Source: a bacterium
Lineage (GTDB): Bacteria > Muiribacteriota > UBA6191
DNA: 36,096 nt
Assembly (NCBI GenBank): GCA_036339875.1
Contig: JAYZAC010000136.1
Coordinates: forward strand, 1 to 36,096
Direction of reading: 5' to 3'
Shown here piece by piece: positions 1 through 8,876 of this stretch (positions are counted from its first letter, which is position 1; every line of letters starts with the position of its first letter). A program made the position numbers and the translations under genes. The notes below the pieces were generated by a model. It was not told the origin of the DNA. It ran no database searches and saw only the letters and a list, made by a program, of their open reading frames with translations.

Positions 1-1115
1 TCAAGATCCGCAGCCTTAATCAGCCATTTAATTGCATTGTCGTAATCTTTACTATACTTATTAGAGAGATATGTATCGGCCTTTAAAGTGAATGATTTTG
101 AATATTCTTGCGCTAATGCTTTGTCCAACCAATCGTTTGCTCTCTGATTTTGCTTAGAATTATCACTGCGAGCGAACAAGGACCGCGACAAATAGACTTG
201 GGCCTCAGGATTACCATTTTTAGCCGATTTTTTCATCCACTCGAAAGCTTCCTGTTTATTTTGATTAAAGTCTTTTTTGCCTTTATCAAAGTAACTACCG
301 AGTAAACATTGAAAACGGTTAGCACCTCTTTCTGCTAAGAATTGTACATACTCATCAACACCGATTCCCAAGGGTGGTTCAGAATAAGTTTCCTTTAAAC
401 CAGTCATCAAACAATTTATTCCGGGTAAACCTTTGACCTTAGAATCTTGGTAAAACTTGTTTGCTTTTGATTGATCAACTTTCACACCAAGTCCAAGATC
501 ATGATGAAGTCCGCAAGCCAATATTGAGTCTAAAGACCCTTGACGAGCTGCTTTATTGAACCAATTAAAACTATCTTTGAATGATCTAGTACCATGCTCA
601 CCCTTGAAATAAAAATTGGCTAATGAAATTTGAGCATCCAAATATCCTTGCTCTGCAGCTACGAGCATAAAGCCTCTAGCAATCTTAGAATTATCAGCTG
701 TCTTAGGACGAATTGATGCATATAATTGACCTAATAAAAAAGCTGCTTTAGCATACCCGCCTTTGTATCTAGATGGTTCAATCGGTCTTGTCTTAATATT
801 TAAGCTCTTTGATAATGCTTGAATATAAAGTTCGATTGCTCCGTCATTATCTTTATTGACTGCCAAAGCATTTTGTTTCATGTAACCTAACATTACAAGA
901 CCATCTAGGCTTCCAGAATCAGCTGCTAAACCAAACCACCTATATGATTTGTCATAATCTCTATTGGTCCCACGACCTTCTAAATATAAATAGGCTAGAC
1001 GAAGCATAGCGTTAATATCTCCAGCTTCAGCTGAATTTGAATATAGAGTTTTTGCTTTTGGTAAGTTCTTTGCAACTCCTATTCCATGTTCATAAATGTA
1101 TCCAACTTGGGTAGC
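1..1115 (-). repeat. Sel1-like repeat array (protein-level) in the giant CDS
   Basis: Repeated A..LG..Y..G.G...D...A..WF..AA..G pattern, e.g. AQISLANFYFKGEHGTRSFKDSFNWFNKAARQG and NQNKQEAFEWMKKSAKNGNPEAQ. Boundaries approximate. Confidence 0.85.
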
Positions 1116-4100
1116 TTTATCCTTTCTATCAAACCATTCTTTAGGTATCTCAGCGTATTGAATCGATTCAATATTATTTGTGATAGCTAATTCAATCAAT
1201 CTTGGGTCACTTCTTTGGTCAAGAGTACAAAATCTTAAGGCTCTACCATCAGACTTTAACGCTGCTTCGATCAGTTTTATATCTGAACGAAATTTGTCGG
1301 GGACAAACTCTAAGGCCATACCATTTTCTTTTACTGCAGTCATACAGATATCATAATTATTCTTTAATTTAACTGAAGCATTTTCCAAGCTGAGCCCATT
1401 GCCCTGAACGATTTTATTAACAATTTTGATATTGCCCCAAAGAGACCTATCCATATAAAGGCTTGCTCGACTATTTTGAGTGACAGCAGTTAAAACTAAA
1501 TCTAAATCATTCTTGAGATCAGGATGTATTTTCTTAAGATAAATACCATTTTTGGCTAATATCAAACTAACTATTTTTTTTTCTTTCCATAATTTCTGAT
1601 CCATAAAAAATGCTGAATCTACATTTTGTTTTATAGCCGTAGCCACGATAACTAAATCTGACTTGAGTGATTTATCTGCATATTCTAATGCCTCACCATT
1701 ATTATTCACGGCTTTTTTTACTAACCGTGCATCACGTTTAATTTTGTCATCCATTTTTTTCAAAAACATTCCCTCATGTTCAAGAAACTTTAAAGCTATA
1801 TCCGCCTGATTTAGTAATTTTGTATCCATGAACAAATCAAAATTATTATGAATATAAATTTCATTAATTATTGAAGAGTTCTGAGTAATTGCACTTAATA
1901 CAATACTCGAATCACCTCTTACATTTTTACCTACTCTGGAATCAGACAGTAGAAGTCCATTATGCTTTACTACCAAATTCATTACTTTGCGGTTATCCCA
2001 CATTTGGTCACCCATAAATTGATAAGCTTTATGATTCTGCCGAAGAGCCGCTGTGACGATACGTGGATTATTCTTTAATCGAGAATCTGCATACTTCAAA
2101 TTCATTCCATTTTGACTTACTGCTGCTAGAATTAATGAAAATTGTCTACTTAATTTAGGGGTAGCATACTTAATAATTTGACCATTTAGACTAGCTAGCT
2201 CCTTCAATATTTCTATATCAAATTGAATGGGTATCTTCTTATTTTTATTAATCCAATCAATAGCATTTTGATAGGTAAAACGATAAGTACAAACAAGATT
2301 ATCTTCTCTTTGTGTAGCTGTAGAATTAACAAGAGCACAGTAATTAATAATATGATTACCTTGAGTTAAACTATCGATCGTTCTCCACCTAGTTAATAAA
2401 TGCCAATCAAAAAAATTTATCACATCATCACGAAATCCATCTGACTTAACAAATGGTGGTAATTTCGAAATCGCCGTTTCTATCTCTTTCTGACTCAATT
2501 TATCTTCATTTTTTAAATTCGATCTGAATGAAATTGCTTTTTGAAAAGATGACTCATACTCACCCCATTCAAGTACACGATTCTGATAATAAGAAAAAAC
2601 CTTATCGCTATAATTAATTTCTCTATCGTAAATGATTCCTTCAAATCTATGCTTTAGAACCATTTTGTTATCATTTGTTTGGTTAATATTTTCTTGGAGA
2701 TAAGTAACAATATGATCTATATTTTCTATGTTTGGGTCTAATTTTCGTAACTGATAGCTAGTTGGAACAAATTCAGCCGTGAACTGCCAAATAATCCATA
2801 AACTCAAACATGCTAGCAGTTGTTTAATCGCTATCTTAGATTTGCTCTTATCAGAATATTCACATTCTTGATATGGTAATTTTACGCCCTTAAGAGTTTC
2901 TATTACCTCGCTAGGGTCACTATCGACATCAAAATTATATGTTGATATACGTAATCTACTACCAACATCTGTCTTCATTACAAGAATTTTAAATTTAGAT
3001 GTTAGCTGAATCACATCATAGTATAAAGTCATACCATGTATCTTTCTGGCTATTGCTAGGTGACTATTATTGAAGAATAAATGAACGCTATTTCTTATTG
3101 AGTTTGGTTCATTTCCCAAATATATAGCTTTTAATCCGTGGCTCAACGTAATTAATTCTTTGTGTTGATTTACCATATCGCTATTAGCAGAAATCTGAGC
3201 CACTATCTGCTTTTTTTCTGGTGGATATTTGGTTCTGATGAATAACAAATAAAAAGAATTCAAACAGACGGAGATCGGAACAATTCCACTTAATCCAAAA
3301 TGTTTGTAGTGTTGAATTAAATATAATCCAACCAGCAAGATTAAACCTGGCTTGATTATATTTACCATCAATATTTTATTTATATATTCAGTTTTTAGCC
3401 ATTTTATAGTAAAGAATGGCAATAAAATAATTCCGACAACAATAACTAGGAAAAATAAAAACGTCGTAAGATAGGATTCAAAACTAGCATCCTGAGCAAA
3501 ACTAATATTCGCATAAAAAAAGACCCCCATTATCAATATTAAGGGTAAAACTACGAGATATGTTCTTGATAACTTAGCTATTACAGTAGCCGCCTGCGCT
3601 AGTCGGACACCTAACATGTTGATGGAATAAACTCTGCATTTTGATCTTGGTAAGAATGTCTTACTAAAAAGATATCCATCTGCCACCCCATACAGAGGTA
3701 GAAGACAATAAATTCCTCTTAAATAATCGTATGCATATATGTAGGTAAAATTTGGTACAAAAGGCAGATGTCTTACAAGAGAGACATAAGTGTAATCATT
3801 ATCATCCTGATACAAAAATAGAGGTTTATCTTTTTCACAGAAACTAAGATGATAAACTTTTCCAAAATCGCAGATTTTAATAAAATCATTATGAACCTGA
3901 GCATAAGACTTTGTTTTATTTTGAAGGCCTGCCCAGATCATTATTCCATTGATATAACAGACTGGTACAAGTGCAATTACAAGAAAACTGAATGGCAAAA
4001 TTTTATTCAAACTATCATTAAATAATTGCTGATTTGGGATTCCTGCAACCATCTGATGTAGTAACTCCATGAACGCCGGACCAATATATCCAATATTGTA

Positions 4101-5168
4101 CAAACAAATACTTAATACCAGGAGACTTGCAGCTAATTGCAGAGCTATTATTGTCATACCGTAATATCTAAAATATATATCTATAAATGTTTTAGATAGC
4201 AGATCATTTAGTAATTTATGATGATTCAGATCATCTACTTTTAATAATTCAGAATCTTCATTTTGAAGGGACTCGAGAAGTTCTAAGGCTAAAAGATTTC
4301 TATTTCGATGTTGTAAACTTTGAACCAGGGATTCAATCTGTTCACTCGATGTATTGGTACCACTAAGATTTTTCCAAGCTTCAAGTTTATCCTTTTGGGT
4401 TCGTGATTCATAATTATGAAAATAACTTTCAATTTCTATCAATTTAATTTCTAATCCAGCCTTACTAGCCTTAGTGATAAATTGTTTCGCTTTATCCAAT
4501 GAATGTATCTCATAGTAAACCCTTGATAATAAATAATAGCGAATATCAAAGCTCAAAGGGATACTATAATCCAGAAGTAATTCTATTGCTTTATCGTGTT
4601 GCCCCTGAGATTTAAGAGATAGAATATTATTGAAATATTTGAGCCCTTCATCAGCTATAAAAGATCTTAAAATTTCTAATGAATCAATAGCATTCAAATT
4701 GAAGCTATTCAGCCTTGTATTACTTTTCTTTAATTCGCTCTTTTCATTACTGATGTTATCTTCAGAAGAATCAGCTCTAGCATGTACGCTCGATACTTCT
4801 TTTTCTTCAGATTGTCCAAACAATGAAGGAATATAGTTATTAATGATGTCATTATTTGAGTTTATTATTTGTGCAATTTTTATAATAAATTTGCGATTCA
4901 AAGCGGGGCTTAGTTCCTCCTTGAGTTCGTCTTTCAATCTCCTGTAAAATAATTTTTCTTCAAAATGCTCTGTTTCAGGGTTTTGTTTTGCGCGGATCTT
5001 GGCATCTCTTTGGATAGCAACCAAGTTCTCTTGTGGTAGCTTCAATGATTTTAAGACTTTCTGAAATATCTGCTTTTCATTGGCATTAATTTTGCCTTTT
5101 TTCAAAATTTCATACAAAAGCGTTTTCAAAACGATTACGCTTAATCTGGTCTTTTTAGCCTTATCCAT
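1..5168 (-). CDS. Giant (>1720 aa, 3'-truncated by window edge) multi-domain membrane protein: TerB-like N-terminal helical motif, TPR-like segment, ~7 TM helices, DUF4116-like repeats, Sel1-like repeats
   Basis: ATG at 5168 (MDKAKKTRLSVIVLKTLLYEILKKGKINANEKQIFQKVLKSLKL), 11 bp after the upstream stop. The same frame reads KDYDNAIKWLIKAADL at the window edge. The track has no closed minus-strand ORF in 1-5168, consistent with one uninterrupted frame. Hand-translated motifs: ILAAVSQNGMNLKYADSRLKNNPRIVTAALR and ICMTAVKENGMALEFVPDKFRSDIKLIEAA (DUF4116-like); AMLRLAYLYLEGRGTNRDYDKSYRWFGLAADSG (Sel1). Confidence 0.9.
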   Translation of the reverse strand, partial: MDKAKKTRLSVIVLKTLLYEILKKGKINANEKQIFQKVLKSLKLPQENLVAIQRDAKIRAKQNPETEHFEEKLFYRRLKDELKEELSPALNRKFIIKIAQIINSNNDIINNYIPSLFGQSEEKEVSSVHARADSSEDNISNEKSELKKSNTRLNSFNLNAIDSLEILRSFIADEGLKYFNNILSLKSQGQHDKAIELLLDYSIPLSFDIRYYLLSRVYYEIHSLDKAKQFITKASKAGLEIKLIEIESYFHNYESRTQKDKLEAWKNLSGTNTSSEQIESLVQSLQHRNRNLLALELLESLQNEDSELLKVDDLNHHKLLNDLLSKTFIDIYFRYYGMTIIALQLAASLLVLSICLYNIGYIGPAFMELLHQMVAGIPNQQLFNDSLNKILPFSFLVIALVPVCYINGIMIWAGLQNKTKSYAQVHNDFIKICDFGKVYHLSFCEKDKPLFLYQDDNDYTYVSLVRHLPFVPNFTYIYAYDYLRGIYCLLPLYGVADGYLFSKTFLPRSKCRVYSINMLGVRLAQAATVIAKLSRTYLVVLPLILIMGVFFYANISFAQDASFESYLTTFLFFLVIVVGIILLPFFTIKWLKTEYINKILMVNIIKPGLILLVGLYLIQHYKHFGLSGIVPISVCLNSFYLLFIRTKYPPEKKQIVAQISANSDMVNQHKELITLSHGLKAIYLGNEPNSIRNSVHLFFNNSHLAIARKIHGMTLYYDVIQLTSKFKILVMKTDVGSRLRISTYNFDVDSDPSEVIETLKGVKLPYQECEYSDKSKSKIAIKQLLACLSLWIIWQFTAEFVPTSYQLRKLDPNIENIDHIVTYLQENINQTNDNKMVLKHRFEGIIYDREINYSDKVFSYYQNRVLEWGEYESSFQKAISFRSNLKNEDKLSQKEIETAISKLPPFVKSDGFRDDVINFFDWHLLTRWRTIDSLTQGNHIINYCALVNSTATQREDNLVCTYRFTYQNAIDWINKNKKIPIQFDIEILKELASLNGQIIKYATPKLSRQFSLILAAVSQNGMNLKYADSRLKNNPRIVTAALRQNHKAYQFMGDQMWDNRKVMNLVVKHNGLLLSDSRVGKNVRGDSSIVLSAITQNSSIINEIYIHNNFDLFMDTKLLNQADIALKFLEHEGMFLKKMDDKIKRDARLVKKAVNNNGEALEYADKSLKSDLVIVATAIKQNVDSAFFMDQKLWKEKKIVSLILAKNGIYLKKIHPDLKNDLDLVLTAVTQNSRASLYMDRSLWGNIKIVNKIVQGNGLSLENASVKLKNNYDICMTAVKENGMALEFVPDKFRSDIKLIEAALKSDGRALRFCTLDQRSDPRLIELAITNNIESIQYAEIPKEWFDRKDKATQVGYIYEHGIGVAKNLPKAKTLYSNSAEAGDINAMLRLAYLYLEGRGTNRDYDKSYRWFGLAADSGSLDGLVMLGYMKQNALAVNKDNDGAIELYIQALSKSLNIKTRPIEPSRYKGGYAKAAFLLGQLYASIRPKTADNSKIARGFMLVAAEQGYLDAQISLANFYFKGEHGTRSFKDSFNWFNKAARQGSLDSILACGLHHDLGLGVKVDQSKANKFYQDSKVKGLPGINCLMTGLKETYSEPPLGIGVDEYVQFLAERGANRFQCLLGSYFDKGKKDFNQNKQEAFEWMKKSAKNGNPEAQVYLSRSLFARSDNSKQNQRANDWLDKALAQEYSKSFTLKADTYLSNKYSKDYDNAIKWLIKAADL
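1150..2220 (-). repeat. DUF4116-like ~24-25 aa repeat array (roughly 14 units, protein-level)
   Basis: Recurring (V/I)..AV..NG..L.Y/F....L(K/R).D units, e.g. LVKKAVNNNGEALEYADKSLKSDLVIVATAIKQN. The count is estimated from length. Confidence 0.8.
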
Positions 5169-5179
5169 GAGCAGTTGAC

Positions 5180-7237
5180 TTAATTATCTTTTGATAGAGA
5201 CTGAATAGATAGTAAAAAGCTAAGCGCTTGATTACTGATGTAACCCTTTTCCAGAAGAATATCGCCTAATTTCCTATTTACTTGATATTCGTGAAAATGC
5301 TGTTCTTGAGTCTTAAGACATTCCTTGAGCTGCTTTTGATCTATGAATGCAAATTTTAATGCGATCGAACCCAATAGGTAGCTTTTGCGTCTAAATACTA
5401 AATGTTTCTGCATATCCAAACATCTTTTCAACTGGCCATGTTGTATAAATCCAAGTTCATATAACACTGCTCCTAACTTGGTTCCAGGGTCTCTACTTTG
5501 AATTTCTAGTCCTAACTGTAGTTGTTGATCATCTATTAGACCTTGACTCAGCAATATTCCACCAAGTTTGAAATTTTCCTTTTGCATTTCATAATAATCA
5601 TCTAATTCGTGATGAAGAACACCAACTAGATTTTCCTCTAAAAACTCTAATTCATAGGCTTCGCGTTCGCTGATTCGTAATCTTTTCCTTTGAATTTCTA
5701 GGAATCTTCGCTCATCAGGCTTCACCTGCTGGTCCGCATATACAATTTGCAAGTAACTTAGATATTCACTGAACAGTTTATTTCTCTCAATGATCAGATC
5801 ATGATCATCAATACTGACTTCATATTCATCTTTGCATTTTTTAATAAAAGGATTTTGAAAATCAATTAAGCTTATTTGTACCAGTACCAATCTTAATTTA
5901 CTTTTATCAGAAGCTTTTATAAATTCAAGAGCTTTGGCAATCCAACATGACAGCTCTATCTCCCAAATCTCCGTACTCCTCAAATTCATGTTTCTAGCAT
6001 GTTCCTGTAGAGATAAGCGCTCCATTGCTTCGATTTCTAGTTGATCTGATAGACTAAGAAACAACTGTTTATAAGACTCAATATTTTTTTGATGTTCAGT
6101 ATCTTCGTGTATCCCAAGTTCTGACTTTATTCGTTTCTCTATTATTCTTAATCTATCTAAAGGAAGGTTAAAAACTTTTTGCATTATTTTAATTGCTTGC
6201 TCTTCTTGTTCGTCAACAACCCCGTCTTTGTAGTAATGCAATAACTTATGGTAGTACATTCTTTCATTTACATTTTCAAAGCCGTATTCGCCAGTGTGAT
6301 TGTGAAGAAACAAAAAATCTTCAACAAATCGTTTATCTTGTTTGATGTTTCCTTGAGGTAAATTCACATACTCAATAAGTGTACCGTGAAACTTTTCAAA
6401 AAAAACTAACTTGGTTTGCACTTCATCGTAACTCTGTACGGTGGGAGCAATAATAATTGGTGATAAACACAGAATAGGTTCAAATGAATTTTGTACTGAT
6501 CCATTTTTTTGTTCCATTAGAAACACCGAACCAATTTTGATTTTACTGGCACTCTGAAATAGAAAAGGCAAAACACTACCACCGTAATGAGCCCTAAAAA
6601 AATAATCAATTGATCCACCCATCGATACAAAAGACTGTAAACTACAAAGTTTATAATCAAGAATATCTCTATTTTCCTCAATTAGAATCGTTAATCCAGC
6701 TTCTAAAAATTTACATGCCTTTTCGACCAATAGATTGGACTTATAAATTTCATGCTCATTTGATTGGGTTATAAAACTTTGTAAAAGCTCTATCAGTTCT
6801 ACAGCATTCTTAGGCGTTTCATAGTTCGACATTAAACCCCTAGATAGATCTAGCATATCTTTCCGTAAGTTTTTATGTGCAGAAGCATGTAGCCATTTTG
6901 AGTTCATCTTGTGAAGAGACTTAACTAATTTTGAACACGATTTATCATGAATTAGGGGTTCAATATCACATATTGCAAATTGCATCCAAAGTCCAAAATC
7001 AGGTGATCGGAGTTTTAGCAAATTGCTACTTACTGATAATTTTCGATCTAAATCATATTTTATAATTAATGAAATTTTTATTGCGCCTATGTATCGTACG
7101 ATGCATTCGAACAATTCCTTCTCTAAGCGAAAAACATTAGCATAATTAGTTAATAATTTTGATTCTCTAATTTGAACGATAAGGTCACTTAAAAACGGAG
7201 GAAAATCTCTAACACTTTCGATGGAATTAATTTTCAT
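5180..7237 (-). CDS. Multi-domain protein: N-terminal helical domain of unknown function, three TerB-like motifs, C-terminal four MshEN-type (c-di-GMP receptor) motifs
   Basis: Track ORF 5180..7276; start moved to ATG 7237 (MKINSIE), which has a GGAG Shine-Dalgarno. The C-terminus has KLGGILLSQGLIDDQQLQLGLEIQ, KLGAVLYELGFIQHGQLKRCLDMQ, LLGSIALKFAFIDQKQLKECLKTQ and KLGDILLEKGYISNQALSFLLSIQ, matching RLGxxLLxxGLIxxxxLxxxLxxQ. Confidence 0.8.
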   Translation of the reverse strand: MKINSIESVRDFPPFLSDLIVQIRESKLLTNYANVFRLEKELFECIVRYIGAIKISLIIKYDLDRKLSVSSNLLKLRSPDFGLWMQFAICDIEPLIHDKSCSKLVKSLHKMNSKWLHASAHKNLRKDMLDLSRGLMSNYETPKNAVELIELLQSFITQSNEHEIYKSNLLVEKACKFLEAGLTILIEENRDILDYKLCSLQSFVSMGGSIDYFFRAHYGGSVLPFLFQSASKIKIGSVFLMEQKNGSVQNSFEPILCLSPIIIAPTVQSYDEVQTKLVFFEKFHGTLIEYVNLPQGNIKQDKRFVEDFLFLHNHTGEYGFENVNERMYYHKLLHYYKDGVVDEQEEQAIKIMQKVFNLPLDRLRIIEKRIKSELGIHEDTEHQKNIESYKQLFLSLSDQLEIEAMERLSLQEHARNMNLRSTEIWEIELSCWIAKALEFIKASDKSKLRLVLVQISLIDFQNPFIKKCKDEYEVSIDDHDLIIERNKLFSEYLSYLQIVYADQQVKPDERRFLEIQRKRLRISEREAYELEFLEENLVGVLHHELDDYYEMQKENFKLGGILLSQGLIDDQQLQLGLEIQSRDPGTKLGAVLYELGFIQHGQLKRCLDMQKHLVFRRKSYLLGSIALKFAFIDQKQLKECLKTQEQHFHEYQVNRKLGDILLEKGYISNQALSFLLSIQSLSKDN

Positions 7238-7274
7238 AAGCAATATCTCCGAGTACACAGGCCGATTAGCATGC

Positions 7275-7280
7275 ATTATA
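7275..7280 (-). promoter_or_regulatory. Putative sigma70 -10 element (TATAAT) for the MshEN-protein/giant-protein unit
   Basis: Perfect TATAAT on the minus strand ~38 nt upstream of ATG 7237, inside the 110-bp gap after the transporter gene. No clear -35. Confidence 0.45.
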
Positions 7281-7347
7281 ACCTAATTCATCTTAATTAG
7301 CCGCATAACGAAGGTCTCTGAGGGAGCAAACAAACCTTGATTTATTA

Positions 7348-8862
7348 TTAAGATTTTAAAGATTCAAACCTTAGACTTAAAGTTCTGGCTGTTTGTGCCC
7401 AAAATATTGCAACTATTGCAGCCGTAGCCAAAAATATATGACCTATAAAATGAGCAGAAGAAACTAAATATAACAAACCATCAAGAACAATTTTATAAGC
7501 TGAGGACGAAGCCGCTCCTAATTTGTAGAACGGCCCCTCTATTATTGGTTTATAACTTAGGTTTGCTGTTGTTCCTAAAGGCACATATAAAATTTCTTTG
7601 GCTGTATTATGCAGAGAATAATCAAGTGAAAGAGTAAGTACTTTCAAGATAAATATTTCCCGTAAACCAATGGGTGTAAAAAGTAATAAAAATACCGCAA
7701 CATAGGTCAGTGGGAGGCACATGATCAAAGGTCGGATTCCAATCTTTGAGATAAATTGTATCTTACAAATTAACAAAAAAAATAGACTAATAGAATTTTG
7801 ATAAGTCCATATTTCAGAATTAAACAGTGTGATTTCACGCTTTATTGCTCGTCTAAATTTTTCATATTTCTCATTAAATGAAATTCTATCAATACTTAGA
7901 TTTAACTTTGATGTTATGGATTTGTAAGCCTCATTTTTTGATTTATCAGATAAATTCTTATAATTAAATATAAACTCAAATAAAATTGAATTTATTTGCT
8001 CTCGATTATCGTCTTGTGAAACAGTTTGATTCAGATCCCAAAAATAATTTCTATAAAGTTTAAATGCTACCTCGCGCTCTACTATAGCATCACTTTCTAA
8101 ATCGAAAACACCTCTCGAAAATGTCAGACTAAAAATTATGATAGTTAATGCGGTTAAGTAGGGATTTTTTAATAGGTTACGAATCATTAAAACTAAGTTT
8201 CCAGATTCTAATTCAGGAGGATTATTTATTTGATAATTTGAATCAGTAATTGTTGATAATTTGATCATTTTTTGAAATGAAAAAATCGCACAAAACATAA
8301 AAATTGTAGAAAACAAAAATTGATATCCCCAGTGGAAACTTTGAATATATTTATTCAGTAAAATAGTAAGAAAACTGCCACAAAGTGCACCTAAAATTGC
8401 TCCTATCCAAATGAATGCATATGATGATTTACTACTCTTCGTATCAAAGTTTTGATTGACTCCACCCCAGAATAAAGCGAGAGATAAAGGAAAATAAATA
8501 CTCGACCAGAGACAAAAACAAGCTACATTTATTTTATTCGGTGACAATAATGTCAATCCTAAAATCAGGTTTATAAAAGTGACCAATAATAAAAAGATTT
8601 TTGTGGAATTAGTTGAATTGCTTGGCCGAAATAGCTTTACCACAACAGCAGTTGTCATGGTGATTAATATAATTACGCCTAGATGAAAATAAGGTAAAAG
8701 CTCGGCAGAAAATTCGCTAAAATAAAAACCCTTTCTCAAGGGTTTAATTAGGTAGTAAGAACTCAATAAGCAAAATAGAGAAAAGAAAGTTAGTAAAACT
8801 TTTTTGTTAAGTTCTTCATCGGCTCCAGTTAGCAAGGTTAGCACATTAAATTTGCGTACCAT
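7348..8862 (-). CDS. Npt/TLC (ATP/ADP translocase-like) MFS-fold transporter, divergent
   Basis: About 12 hydrophobic segments. Family-like motifs SYYLIKPLR...LPY, LFWGGVNQNF, KNPYL, LDYSLHNTAKEILYVPL, YKPIIE. Confidence 0.75.
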   Translation of the reverse strand: MVRKFNVLTLLTGADEELNKKVLLTFFSLFCLLSSYYLIKPLRKGFYFSEFSAELLPYFHLGVIILITMTTAVVVKLFRPSNSTNSTKIFLLLVTFINLILGLTLLSPNKINVACFCLWSSIYFPLSLALFWGGVNQNFDTKSSKSSYAFIWIGAILGALCGSFLTILLNKYIQSFHWGYQFLFSTIFMFCAIFSFQKMIKLSTITDSNYQINNPPELESGNLVLMIRNLLKNPYLTALTIIIFSLTFSRGVFDLESDAIVEREVAFKLYRNYFWDLNQTVSQDDNREQINSILFEFIFNYKNLSDKSKNEAYKSITSKLNLSIDRISFNEKYEKFRRAIKREITLFNSEIWTYQNSISLFFLLICKIQFISKIGIRPLIMCLPLTYVAVFLLLFTPIGLREIFILKVLTLSLDYSLHNTAKEILYVPLGTTANLSYKPIIEGPFYKLGAASSSAYKIVLDGLLYLVSSAHFIGHIFLATAAIVAIFWAQTARTLSLRFESLKS

Positions 8863-8876
8863 AAAGCTATCTCTAT

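Noticed and set aside
4630..4836. 68-aa plus-strand ORF from the track
   Set aside because: Antisense shadow of the giant minus-strand gene; no recognisable motif.
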